A stretch of DNA of 64,000 nucleotides, taken from assembly GCA_044356335.1 (NCBI GenBank), contig JBIKWL010000003.1, positions 9,950 through 73,949 of the forward strand, in the 5' to 3' direction. This document shows positions 18,627 through 27,819 of the stretch, one piece after another; within the stretch, counting starts at the first letter, position 1; the number at the start of each line of letters is the position of its first letter. Under the pieces are notes generated by a model. It was not told the origin of the DNA. It saw only the letters and a program-made list of their open reading frames with translations, and searched no databases. The position numbers and the translations under genes are program-made. This stretch comes from Candidatus Sericytochromatia bacterium (GTDB lineage: Bacteria > Cyanobacteriota > Sericytochromatia > UBA7694).

Positions 18627-19343
18627 TTACTTGTCGGTATTGAGCAAACCAATACCTGCGCCGATAGCAGCACCGATAACAAAGGCAACTGGAGAGGCGT
18701 GAGTCAGGCGATCGGCGGCCATCGAGGCAATCGCAGAGCCCGCAATACCAACCGCAGAGCCACCGATTAAGGCGCCAGCAACGGTATTTTTAATTGCATT
18801 TGTATTTTTGTCGCCAGTGTCGAGGTTAACCAAGCCAATGCCGGTGCCCAGAGCGATACCGATGCCCACACCCAGACCACTGGGGCCAGAGAGTTGATTG
18901 AAGCCAATGGAGCGGACGGCGCTGTTGGCAATGGCCATGGCAGAGCCACCGATTAAGGCGCCTGCAGCCGTGTTTTTAATTTGATTTGTGGTTTCGTCGC
19001 CGGTTTCGAGATTGAGCAGACCGATGCCGGCGCCCATCGATACACCAATACCAACACCCGTCAAGGTGGGGCCGGTCAGGCGATCAGCAGCAATTGAGTT
19101 GACGATGCCATTGGCCAGGGTGCCAGCACCACCGCCGATTAAAACACCACCCGCGATTTTTTTTGCGATATCCAAGGGGTCAGAGGTTTGTTTTTTGAAT
19201 TCTACAGCGTCACCCTGATCAAGGGGGCTGGGTGCAGGTGGGGCAGGAGGCAGGGGCTGTTGTTGGGGTTCTACGGCACGGGCGGTAATCCGGGTTTCAA
19301 CTGTGACTTGAACGTTGGAGCCAGAAACTTGAAAATTTCCCAT
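18627..19343 (-). CDS. glycine-zipper-rich protein with three tandem ~57-aa repeats
   Basis: Three copies of K.(I/T)AGG.LIGG.A...AN....SI....L.GP...GVGIG...G.GIGL(L/V)NL(E/D)TGD..TN. The N-terminus is Pro-rich. The repeat is also visible at the DNA level (~180-bp period). Confidence 0.65.
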   Translation of the reverse strand: MGNFQVSGSNVQVTVETRITARAVEPQQQPLPPAPPAPSPLDQGDAVEFKKQTSDPLDIAKKIAGGVLIGGGAGTLANGIVNSIAADRLTGPTLTGVGIGVSMGAGIGLLNLETGDETTNQIKNTAAGALIGGSAMAIANSAVRSIGFNQLSGPSGLGVGIGIALGTGIGLVNLDTGDKNTNAIKNTVAGALIGGSAVGIAGSAIASMAADRLTHASPVAFVIGAAIGAGIGLLNTDK

Positions 19344-19523
19344 TTTTCGAATTCTCTCTTTGCAATTAATCTCTCTTGAAAATAAAGTTATACCCCAGAA
19401 AAGCGGGTTTCTGACCTTAAGAAAGACAAGTCCAAATTAAGCTTGGGTTAGATTTGATTAATCCTATTTTGCAGCTGTGGGAGTCACTCAATAATCTGTT
19501 CAATGATTTGCTCAATGATCCGC

Positions 19524-20711
19524 TCAATGATCTGCAGGGGCCTTGCGGCGGCGGGAAATTTCCCGAATAATGAGATCCAATTCCCGGCCCACCTGTCCAG
19601 CCACAGAGGTATTTTCTTCGGCCCGGCGGATCAGATAGGGCACAATTTCTTTGACCGGGGCATAGGGCACGTATTTGACCACATGATACCCCGCCCGCGC
19701 CAGATTGAAGCTGAGATGATCACTCATACCGAGCAATTGGGCAAACCAAATGCGGGGGTGATCAGCAGGCAAATTGCGTTTTTGCATTTCTGCCACGAGA
19801 TGGTAATTGCTCTCTTCGTTGTGGCTGCCTGCACAAAAGGCCACGCGCTCCAGGTGATCCAGACAGAGGCTGACAGCGGCATTAAAATCGCGATCAGTGG
19901 CCGCTTTATTGGGCTGAATCGGGTCGGGATAGCCCTTGCGAGCAGCACGGTCGCGCTCTTTCTCCATATAGGCACCGCGTACCAATTTTAAGCCCAATTG
20001 AAACCCCTCTTGCTCAGCCAAGTGCAGGCTGTCTTTGAGATAACTCAGGCGATCACTGCGGTACATCTGCAATGTATTCCAGACCCAGGGTTCTTCGCGG
20101 TTGAATTTGCGCATCATATTGAGGGCAAAGCGGTCTATGGCAGGTTGAATCCAACTCTCTTCGGCATCTAAAAAAACCGGTGTCTCAGCCTCTGCGGCTG
20201 CTGCACAAATGCGTTCAATTCGGGCTTCCACCCGTTCCAGTTCAGCTTTTTCGCTTTGGCTCAGCCCGCCCCACTGGCTGACTTTTTCCAAAAGCTCAAA
20301 GCGGGCGAGCCCCGTTACTTTAAACACGGCAAAGGGAATATCTGCATCCCCTTTGGCACGGGCAATCCCGTGCAAAAGCTCAGACGTGGTGTTCTCAAAG
20401 CTACTTTCAGAAGATTTGCCCTCGGCAGAATAGTCCAAAATGGTGCCAATATTGTACTTGGCCAATTGGCTGATCGTTTCGGCACAGGCCTCAATATTTT
20501 CGCCCCCGACAAATTGGCGAAACAGAGTGGCTTTGATCAGTGGGCCGATGGGCAAATGCAGGGCAAAACTGGCTTGGGTGACATATTTTCCCATTTCAAC
20601 CAGCTTGCGGCTGCCAAGTGTCTTAAACAGCAGATAGGCCCTGCGTAAATCCAAATTGCTGCGGGATTCAAAGGCGATTTGGGTGTTGTCAAAGGAGAGG
20701 GGAGTCGGCAT
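19524..20711 (-). CDS. proline dehydrogenase family protein (monofunctional PRODH)
   Basis: LGLKLVRGAYMEKE, SHNEES and the C-terminal YLIRRAEENTS blocks are typical of PRODH. Confidence 0.85.
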   Translation of the reverse strand: MPTPLSFDNTQIAFESRSNLDLRRAYLLFKTLGSRKLVEMGKYVTQASFALHLPIGPLIKATLFRQFVGGENIEACAETISQLAKYNIGTILDYSAEGKSSESSFENTTSELLHGIARAKGDADIPFAVFKVTGLARFELLEKVSQWGGLSQSEKAELERVEARIERICAAAAEAETPVFLDAEESWIQPAIDRFALNMMRKFNREEPWVWNTLQMYRSDRLSYLKDSLHLAEQEGFQLGLKLVRGAYMEKERDRAARKGYPDPIQPNKAATDRDFNAAVSLCLDHLERVAFCAGSHNEESNYHLVAEMQKRNLPADHPRIWFAQLLGMSDHLSFNLARAGYHVVKYVPYAPVKEIVPYLIRRAEENTSVAGQVGRELDLIIREISRRRKAPADH

Positions 20712-20795
20712 AAAAGGTACTTTCGCATCTTCAAGATAGAATTCACTGGTATCTTAACCCCAGAATGGGGGCTTCCCCAAGTAAAAGCCAAGTAA

Positions 20796-20823
20796 AAAGC
20801 CAAAGAAAAAACCTGCCCCGGGG
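20796..20823 (-). terminator. intrinsic terminator downstream of 20944-21705
   Basis: On the minus strand, CCTGCC-(10 nt)-GGCAGG is followed by TTTTTT (plus-strand A-run 20796-20801). Confidence 0.55.
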
Positions 20824-20943
20824 GAGAGGCAGGCTTCGGGCCACTTGCTGAAGACAAGCATTTGAAGGGACAGAGTCAAATCCTGAACTCTTTTATTATA
20901 TAAATAATTGTAAACTTTTGTCAAGTGTTGTTAACGGATTATT

Positions 20944-21705
20944 TTAACCTGGGTTTTGGCCCTCTAAAAGTGTGGGCTGGAACATCAGCGAATTGGCGTA
21001 ATACCAAGAGTCAAAGGTGCCTGCGTCGGTCCACCAGCCTGGCATCACCTCGTGCTGCAAAAGGCCAGCGTGTAAATAGGCCCGGTTGACCTCGGTGATC
21101 TCCAATTCGTTGCGGGTCGAAGGCTTGAGGCCGCGAATGATCTCAAAGACCTCGGCATCATAACCATAAATTCCCGTCACGGCATAATCCGAAGGGGCTT
21201 GCTCTGGCTTTTCGAGAATATCGCTAATTACTTGGCTGGTTTTACCGTCTTTGCTGACCTCCTGTAAGGCCACCACCCCGTAGCGCGTGGGGTCGGGTAC
21301 CTGTTTGAGCAAAATTCGCGCTCCGCTTCCCTGTTTTTCGAAGCGCCGAATAAAGCCCTTGAGATCGCTTTGAAAAATATTGTCTCCGAGGATCACGGTC
21401 ATCAGATCGTGAGAGGCGAAGTGTTCCGCCAGAGCCAGGGCTTGGGCAATGCCGCCCGGTTGGTCTTGGACCCGGTAAGTCAAACGGCATCCCAGTTCAT
21501 AGCCGCTTCCCAGCAGGCCAATCACAGCGCCCATGTGTTCGACCCCCGTGACAATCAAAATTTCTTCAATTCCCGCTTCAATCAATTTGCGCAAAGGGTG
21601 AAAAATCATGGGCTCTTTGCCTACGGGCAAGAGATGTTTGTTGGTGACTTTGGTCAGGGGAAAGAGACGGGAACCGGTGCCACCGGCCAAGATAATACCT
21701 TTCAA
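20944..21705 (-). CDS. sugar-1-phosphate nucleotidyltransferase (RmlA-like short form)
   Basis: MKGIILAGGTGSRLFPLTKVTNKHLLPVGKEPMI N-terminal signature. Confidence 0.85.
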   Translation of the reverse strand: MKGIILAGGTGSRLFPLTKVTNKHLLPVGKEPMIFHPLRKLIEAGIEEILIVTGVEHMGAVIGLLGSGYELGCRLTYRVQDQPGGIAQALALAEHFASHDLMTVILGDNIFQSDLKGFIRRFEKQGSGARILLKQVPDPTRYGVVALQEVSKDGKTSQVISDILEKPEQAPSDYAVTGIYGYDAEVFEIIRGLKPSTRNELEITEVNRAYLHAGLLQHEVMPGWWTDAGTFDSWYYANSLMFQPTLLEGQNPG

Positions 21706-23021
21706 TGTTGTATCTGCTCCTGAATTTGATGCAAGTGACTTTCCCAGGCGGCATAACCAGTAGGTTCAGACGGGTAGCTTTTAAAATGTTTGTGCAGATC
21801 CCCGGCCCAGTTCAGGCGGTGATTAAAGCGCAGCAAGAGCGAGGGGTTTGAGGCGCCCCGCAACCCTTTTTGGATTTTTTGCATGGTGCTGAAATCTAAA
21901 ATTTTGCCCCCCAGTGCACTGCGGATATCGTCAGCGGTGATAATATCGCGTTCAAAGGCAAACTCCATATTTTCAACGCTTTCATTCATCAAAATCATGC
22001 GCATCACGTCTTGATAGGCCAATTGGGCACCAACATCGCGCTGATAGTTCAAATTATACTCCCAGAGCCGTTCCAGACTCAGATCCTGTTCGGCCAAGGC
22101 GATTTTGGCCACCTCTGCCAGGGCCTTTGCGCCTTTGAGACCCGCAGAAATGCCCCCTCCGCGCACAGAATTGACCATAAATGCGGCATCGCCAACGGTT
22201 GCAAAACTGTTGGTTACCATATTTGTGAGTGGGTAGCGCAATGGGATTTTACCCAGGTGCTCTTGGCTGACTTCACCCACTTCCCAGCAAAATTGTTCAA
22301 TCGCCTGATCCAAGATCTGCTTGACCTGTTCAGGCTCAACCCGCGACATCATGCCCACGCCGATATCATTGGGGGAGCGCCAAACATAACCCCCTTCAAC
22401 TGAAAAATAGATATGCAATTCAGAGTCGCCCGTTTGGCTCTGACACATGCGTCGATAGGCAATGCCATATTCGCTTTCGAGGGTCAGTGGGTGTTCGGAC
22501 AGTGGCAGCCCCAAAGCCGCCAATTGACTGCTCAGGATCTGATGCATACCCGAGGCATCAATGATTAAACGGGCTTTGAGTTGCTCGCCAGTCTTGAGTT
22601 CGACTCCGCTCACCCGCCTATCGGCTCCGACTCCGCTCACGCGGTTATTTTCCACCAAGGGCCCTTTGACTTCGGCTTGGAGATAGCTGAGATTGTTTTC
22701 CAGCGCTTCGTGTAAGAGGCGCTGTAAAAGTGCATGGCCATTGACCAAAATAGAGGAGAAATCGATCGGTTTTTTAATCCGGGCCGAAGGAGAATAGGCA
22801 TAAAACTGATCGAGCAAATGCAGGAGTTCGTCTCCCTGGGGGCGTTCCATCGCGGTTTTAGAAAAAGTATCGACATCGAGCATCACACTTACAAAGCGGG
22901 CTCCCAATTCGAATTCGGGGTGGCGGTCGATCAGCAGGACTTTGTAGCCCGCTTCGCTGAGGATTTTGGCGCAAAAAACACCGCTAAATCCGCCACCTGT
23001 AATAATTACATCCAAGCTCAT
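21702..23021 (-). CDS. FAD-dependent oxidoreductase (geranylgeranyl-reductase-like)
   Basis: DVIITGGGFSGVFCAKILSEAGYKVLLIDR dinucleotide fold, and later VGDAAFMVN. 4-nt overlap with the downstream gene. Confidence 0.75.
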   Translation of the reverse strand: MSLDVIITGGGFSGVFCAKILSEAGYKVLLIDRHPEFELGARFVSVMLDVDTFSKTAMERPQGDELLHLLDQFYAYSPSARIKKPIDFSSILVNGHALLQRLLHEALENNLSYLQAEVKGPLVENNRVSGVGADRRVSGVELKTGEQLKARLIIDASGMHQILSSQLAALGLPLSEHPLTLESEYGIAYRRMCQSQTGDSELHIYFSVEGGYVWRSPNDIGVGMMSRVEPEQVKQILDQAIEQFCWEVGEVSQEHLGKIPLRYPLTNMVTNSFATVGDAAFMVNSVRGGGISAGLKGAKALAEVAKIALAEQDLSLERLWEYNLNYQRDVGAQLAYQDVMRMILMNESVENMEFAFERDIITADDIRSALGGKILDFSTMQKIQKGLRGASNPSLLLRFNHRLNWAGDLHKHFKSYPSEPTGYAAWESHLHQIQEQIQH

Positions 23022-23035
23022 GATTCAAGCGTCCT

Positions 23036-25711
23036 TTAATCTGTTGTGAGTGTGGTTGGGGCCCCGGCCACCACCAAAGTGCAGGCCGCAGGCTGAAGAT
23101 GTTTTTGGGCCGCAGCTTGAATCGACTCAGGGGTAAGCGATTCCAAGCGCTGCCAATGGTCTTCTAAATGATTCTCGGGCCAGGCGTAAATTTCACGTTG
23201 CAGCAAAAATCCGACGCGCTGGTCGTTGGTTTCAAAGCGAAAGGGCAATCGCCCGCTGAGATAGGCACGGGACCGGTCCAATTCCAATTGGCTAATTCCG
23301 TCATTTAAGAGCTTTTCGACCTCTTCGCGCATGGCTTTGAGACCGGGAGCCACCCCTTCTGGACGGGTTTCCATCCAGGCCATAAAGACGCCAGGATAGA
23401 GACCTGCACTGCCCGTAATCGAGGCCCCAGCGCTGTAAGCCAGGCCCTCTTGCTCGCGTAAACGTGCTGGCAAGCGTGAAGTAAAACCAGGGCCTGCTCC
23501 CAAGACCAAGTCGAGAATCTGCAATGCGGCAAAATCGCTGTGGCGACGATCCACCCCCAAATGGCCCCAATAGACTTGGCATTGTTCTTTGCCAGGAAGA
23601 TGAATTTGCTGATACGAAGGGGCATTTTGGCGCAGGGGCAGGGGATAATGGGGGGCGATGCCTTTGGCCGGAGAAAAATCGTGCCAAATTTCGGCGAGTT
23701 GGGTCAGGGTCTCTTTGGCAGATACGGCACCTGACAGGGCCAAAATGGCCCCCTGAGAGCCATACCAGGTCTGGTAAAACTGGCGCACATCTTTTGCCTG
23801 TAGCGGCTCAACACTGCTGATCATGCCACTTTCAGGTCTTGATGCCGGAAAATCGCCATAGATCGACTTGTAAAAGGCCCGACTGGCCAAATACGAGGCC
23901 TGTTCTTCAGCTGCTTCGAGGTCGGTTAAAATCAGGCGTTTTTCACGCAAAATTTCGACTTCGTCCAAAGCGGGTGAGCCCAAAATTTCGCGCATCAAAT
24001 GCAATGCCGTGTCCTGATATTTTGCCATAATTTCAAAACTCAAAAAACTGCCACTCAGGCCGGTTGCCACACTCAGGCTGCCCCCCAACGATTCCAAATA
24101 GCGTGAGAGGGCCACACCGGGTTTGGCTTGGGTACCTTTGATCAGGGCCGAGGCTGTCAGATTGGCCAGACCTTGCTGTTTGATTGGGTCGTGCAGGCTC
24201 CCTGCTGGCCAAAAAACCTCCAAAGACAGGGTGGGTATGCGCATGTTTTCGTGTACCAACAGCGTCATGCCATTCGGCAAAGACAGCTTTTCGGCATGTA
24301 AGCTGGGAAACCAGAGATGGGGGGCGGGCAGGGGTTTTTCGGTAAAGCTCATGCTGCGGTGGGCCTGGGGGCGGGAGTGGGTGCGATCGGCCAAGGGAGC
24401 TGCCGATGATTCTCCTTCTTGATCGGGGTCGCATTGTTCGGGCATGAGCCAACCCACTGTGCGGCGCTCGGGAGCCAACCAGCTCAGGGCCACGCGGGTG
24501 ATATCTTCCTCTTTGACGGCCTGAATCTGGGGCACAAAATCATAGATCAATTGCCAACGGGCCAAACTTGCCAACTCACCCAGTACTTCGGCCTGGTCTT
24601 CGGCGGTTTCTTGGCTGAGGTAAAAGTCGGTCAACATCTGGTTTTGGGCCTTGGTCAGATGCGAAAAATCCCACTCTCCGTTTTGGACTTTGGCCAATGC
24701 GCTGAACAGTGCGGCTTCGGTCTGGGCCAAGGGAATCCCTGAATGCCCATCCACTGCAATCCAAAACAAATAGGGCTGTTCGGTTTCAAAACAGGCGGCG
24801 TCGATATCCGTGGCCACTTGTTCCTCTTCTACCAAGGTTTGATAAAGCAGCGAACTGAGGCCTTCGGCCAGGATGTACTGCAGCAAACTCAGGGCATAAT
24901 AATCGGGATGGGTCAAAGCTGGAGCAGGCCAAGCGACAACCAAACGCGGCAGGGTCACATCGGCCTGGGTCAGACTGACCCGGCGTTCAGCAATTTGCAG
25001 CGGCTCAGCTTGGTATTGGCGCGGTGGCAATTGGCCTGCAGGCAAGGCCCCGAAATAGTGTTTGACACGTTCAAGGGCCAACTCGGGCTGAATATCGCCG
25101 ACGATCACCAGGGTGGCATTGTTGGGGTGATACCAGTTTTGGTAATAGGTCCGCAATTCTTCGGGGCTGAGGTTTTTAATGTCTTTGACCCAGCCCAACA
25201 CCGGATTGCGGTAGGCGTGTGTGGTTAACGCGGCCTGGGTCACGGCCTCCCAGAGGTTTTCTTCGGGATCGTCTTTGGACGTGCGCCATTCCTCGAGAAT
25301 CACCTGGCGCTCAGCTTCGATCTCGATCGGATCAAGCAGGCAATTTAACATGCGGTCGGCTTCAATTTCGAGTGCAATTTCCCAGCGGTCCGAGGCAAAA
25401 TTAAAATAATAAGCGGTATTGTCAATCCAGGTATAGGCGTTGTTTTCACCTCCGCCCGACAGGGTCAGTCGGTCGATTTCGCCCCGTGGAAATAGCCGGG
25501 TGCCTTTAAACAGCATGTGCTCCAAAAAATGCGAGACCCCGGTGGGTGACCCCGCTTCGTTGCCTGAGCCGGTGTGATACCAAATCATGACCGTCACCAC
25601 CGGCAGAGCTGAGTCTGCTCTGAGTAAGACACGCAAACCGTTGTCCAGTTGGCTTTCTTGGACATCGGCAAAAAGGTCAGTTGGAGAAGGGGATTCTGGC
25701 GTTAGACTCAT
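23036..25711 (-). CDS. double-length M16 (pitrilysin/insulinase) zinc peptidase
   Basis: HFLEHMLFKG (HxxEH) in the first half, and a second M16-like half without the zinc motif. The ORF track starts at TTG 25732; the first ATG is 25711. Confidence 0.9.
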   Translation of the reverse strand: MSLTPESPSPTDLFADVQESQLDNGLRVLLRADSALPVVTVMIWYHTGSGNEAGSPTGVSHFLEHMLFKGTRLFPRGEIDRLTLSGGGENNAYTWIDNTAYYFNFASDRWEIALEIEADRMLNCLLDPIEIEAERQVILEEWRTSKDDPEENLWEAVTQAALTTHAYRNPVLGWVKDIKNLSPEELRTYYQNWYHPNNATLVIVGDIQPELALERVKHYFGALPAGQLPPRQYQAEPLQIAERRVSLTQADVTLPRLVVAWPAPALTHPDYYALSLLQYILAEGLSSLLYQTLVEEEQVATDIDAACFETEQPYLFWIAVDGHSGIPLAQTEAALFSALAKVQNGEWDFSHLTKAQNQMLTDFYLSQETAEDQAEVLGELASLARWQLIYDFVPQIQAVKEEDITRVALSWLAPERRTVGWLMPEQCDPDQEGESSAAPLADRTHSRPQAHRSMSFTEKPLPAPHLWFPSLHAEKLSLPNGMTLLVHENMRIPTLSLEVFWPAGSLHDPIKQQGLANLTASALIKGTQAKPGVALSRYLESLGGSLSVATGLSGSFLSFEIMAKYQDTALHLMREILGSPALDEVEILREKRLILTDLEAAEEQASYLASRAFYKSIYGDFPASRPESGMISSVEPLQAKDVRQFYQTWYGSQGAILALSGAVSAKETLTQLAEIWHDFSPAKGIAPHYPLPLRQNAPSYQQIHLPGKEQCQVYWGHLGVDRRHSDFAALQILDLVLGAGPGFTSRLPARLREQEGLAYSAGASITGSAGLYPGVFMAWMETRPEGVAPGLKAMREEVEKLLNDGISQLELDRSRAYLSGRLPFRFETNDQRVGFLLQREIYAWPENHLEDHWQRLESLTPESIQAAAQKHLQPAACTLVVAGAPTTLTTD

Positions 25712-25762
25712 GATTGCAACAGTATACCGCAATTGGGGGGGGGCGGGCCTGTGATCGCACTT

Positions 25763-25792
25763 TTGCGCATTTTTGGATTTAGCGGGTACAAT
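25763..25792 (+). promoter_or_regulatory. candidate sigma70-type promoter for 25828-27819
   Basis: TTGCGC (25763-25768), 18-nt spacer, TACAAT (25787-25792), 35 nt before the ATG. Confidence 0.35.
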
Positions 25793-25827
25793 GAAGTAAT
25801 TTCACAGAATCAAGAGGGTGCCTTTTT

Positions 25828-27819
25828 ATGAGTCAAACGCAGCCATCCAGACAAGGACAGGCCGGTTTCCGCATTGGTGAACTGCTGGTACGCGAAGGCT
25901 ATCTCACCATGGATGCCCTGAACAAAGTCCTGGCGATTCAAAAGCAGCAAAAAGAGGCCCTGAGCGGTGAATACAAGCCCTTCGGACAAATTTGTCTGGA
26001 GCTGAAATTGATCACCCGTGAAGAGTTACAGCGCTTTCTGAAAAAATACAACAAACGCATTTATCTGGGTGAATTGCTCGTGAATATGGGGCTGATCACG
26101 ATCAAACACGTGGACCTGATTCTCAACCAACAAAAACAAAGTGGCAAACGCTTTGGTGAGCTGTTGGTGGAACAGAAAATCATCACCGAATCCCAATTGA
26201 CCGACGCTCTTTCGACCCAATTGGATGTCCCCAAAATTATCCCCTCGCTGCAATTGATGGACCGCACGCTGATGGACGGTATGTCTGAGCAATTTGTGCG
26301 CTCCAATCAGTTTTTGCCGGTCTACAAAGAGGGCGACCAACTCACGGTCGTGATGGCCGACCCTGCCAATCAGGATCTGGTCAGAGAACTGGAACACCAA
26401 TTGCAATTGCGGATTGCCCCTGCGATTGCCCCTGCTTCTGAAATCTCCCGCACGATCAACGAGTATTATCACAGCTCGACTTCGATCGACAAAAAAATGG
26501 ATCCGAATTTGGAGCAGGTCAAACTCGAAGGCATTCAGCCCGAAGCAGAAGACAAAGCCAGTCCTCAAGACAATTCTGCGGCCATTGCCAATTTTTTGAT
26601 CTCCAATGCCATGAAAGACCGGGCCTCAGATATTCACGTCGAACCCCAGGAAAAATATATCCGCATCCGCTACCGCATTGACGGCGTTTTGCACCACAAA
26701 ACCGACCTGCCCAGCAATTTGGGGCCGGCCCTGGTCACCCGTCTGAAAAAGGTCTGCCGCCTCAATCCCGACGATGTCAAAGCCTATCAAGATGGGCGCG
26801 TGGTCGGAGATATTGCTGGCAGCAAAATCGAAATCCGGGTCTCGACCTATCCCAGCATCTGGGGCGAAAACGTGGTCATTCAATTGCAGGACAAAGAGAG
26901 CACCTTCCAAGATCTGCTCTTAAATATGGACCGCACAGGCTTTTCGCCGCTGTATATCCAGCGCTACCAAAAGATCCTCAACCAACCCGGTGGGATTGTG
27001 ATTGTGACCGGCCCTGCCAATACCGGCAAGACCACCACGCTTTACGCCTCAATCAATTACCTCAATCAACAGAATCGCTCGATCATCACAGCTGAAGATC
27101 CGATTGAACGGCCCGTGCCTGGCACGGTCCAGGGGGCATATAACCCCGACTCCGGCATCAGCTATGCAGATATGATTCTGGCCATGTTGAAGCAGGATCC
27201 AGATATTCTTGTGGTGGGTGAAGTCAAAGACAAAGCCACCATGGGGGCTGTGGTCGAAGCCGCGCTCTCAGGTTCCAAGGTGCTCACCACCTATCCGGCC
27301 TTTGACGCCACAGGCGCACTTTTGCGCTTGATGAATCTGGGTCTGGAAGACTATTTGATTGCCTCCAGCAATATCACAGTCATGAACCAGCGTTTGGTGC
27401 GCCGCCTCTGTGATTCTTGTAAAGCCACTTACACCCCCAAGAAAGAGACCTTTAATCTCTTGGGTCTGGTCGATGTCGATCCCTCCTCCTATGAATTTTA
27501 CCGGCCAGTGGGTTGCCCCGAGTGTAGCCAACACGGTTTTAAAGGTCAGACAGCGATTCACGAATTGCTGCAGATCAACGAAGCGATTCGCGAGGCCCTG
27601 ATCGAGCGCAAACCCGCCGCTACCATTCGCGGGATTGCCAGAACCGAAGCCAAATTGGTGAGCATGGCCGAAGACGGCCTTTACAAAGCGATCGAAGGCA
27701 TGACTTCTGTCGAAGAAGTCCAGCGCGTGGCCTTTGTCAATGAATACGACTCCCAAACCCCCTGGGAAGCTGAAGAGATCTACCAGATCTGTTCTGGCCT
27801 CGAACCCGAATACCTGTGA
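25828..27819 (+). CDS. GspE/PilB-family secretion ATPase homolog with N-terminal GSPII_E_N-like repeats
   Basis: Repeated GELLV..G.I motifs at the N-terminus. Walker A GPANTGKTTT. AEDPIER. Walker B GEVKD. His box degenerated to SGSKVLTTYPAF. Tetra-Cys CDSC...CPEC. The C-terminal tail is shared with 16901-18544. Confidence 0.9.
   Translation: MSQTQPSRQGQAGFRIGELLVREGYLTMDALNKVLAIQKQQKEALSGEYKPFGQICLELKLITREELQRFLKKYNKRIYLGELLVNMGLITIKHVDLILNQQKQSGKRFGELLVEQKIITESQLTDALSTQLDVPKIIPSLQLMDRTLMDGMSEQFVRSNQFLPVYKEGDQLTVVMADPANQDLVRELEHQLQLRIAPAIAPASEISRTINEYYHSSTSIDKKMDPNLEQVKLEGIQPEAEDKASPQDNSAAIANFLISNAMKDRASDIHVEPQEKYIRIRYRIDGVLHHKTDLPSNLGPALVTRLKKVCRLNPDDVKAYQDGRVVGDIAGSKIEIRVSTYPSIWGENVVIQLQDKESTFQDLLLNMDRTGFSPLYIQRYQKILNQPGGIVIVTGPANTGKTTTLYASINYLNQQNRSIITAEDPIERPVPGTVQGAYNPDSGISYADMILAMLKQDPDILVVGEVKDKATMGAVVEAALSGSKVLTTYPAFDATGALLRLMNLGLEDYLIASSNITVMNQRLVRRLCDSCKATYTPKKETFNLLGLVDVDPSSYEFYRPVGCPECSQHGFKGQTAIHELLQINEAIREALIERKPAATIRGIARTEAKLVSMAEDGLYKAIEGMTSVEEVQRVAFVNEYDSQTPWEAEEIYQICSGLEPEYL

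Noticed and set aside
19497-19535. Three tandem ~12-nt units (TTCAATGATTTG / CTCAATGATCCG / CTCAATGATCTG) at the 3' end of the proline dehydrogenase gene
   Set aside because: There are only three imperfect copies spanning the stop codon. That is too short for a CRISPR or VNTR-type element, and no associated structure exists. Noted as a minor microsatellite only.
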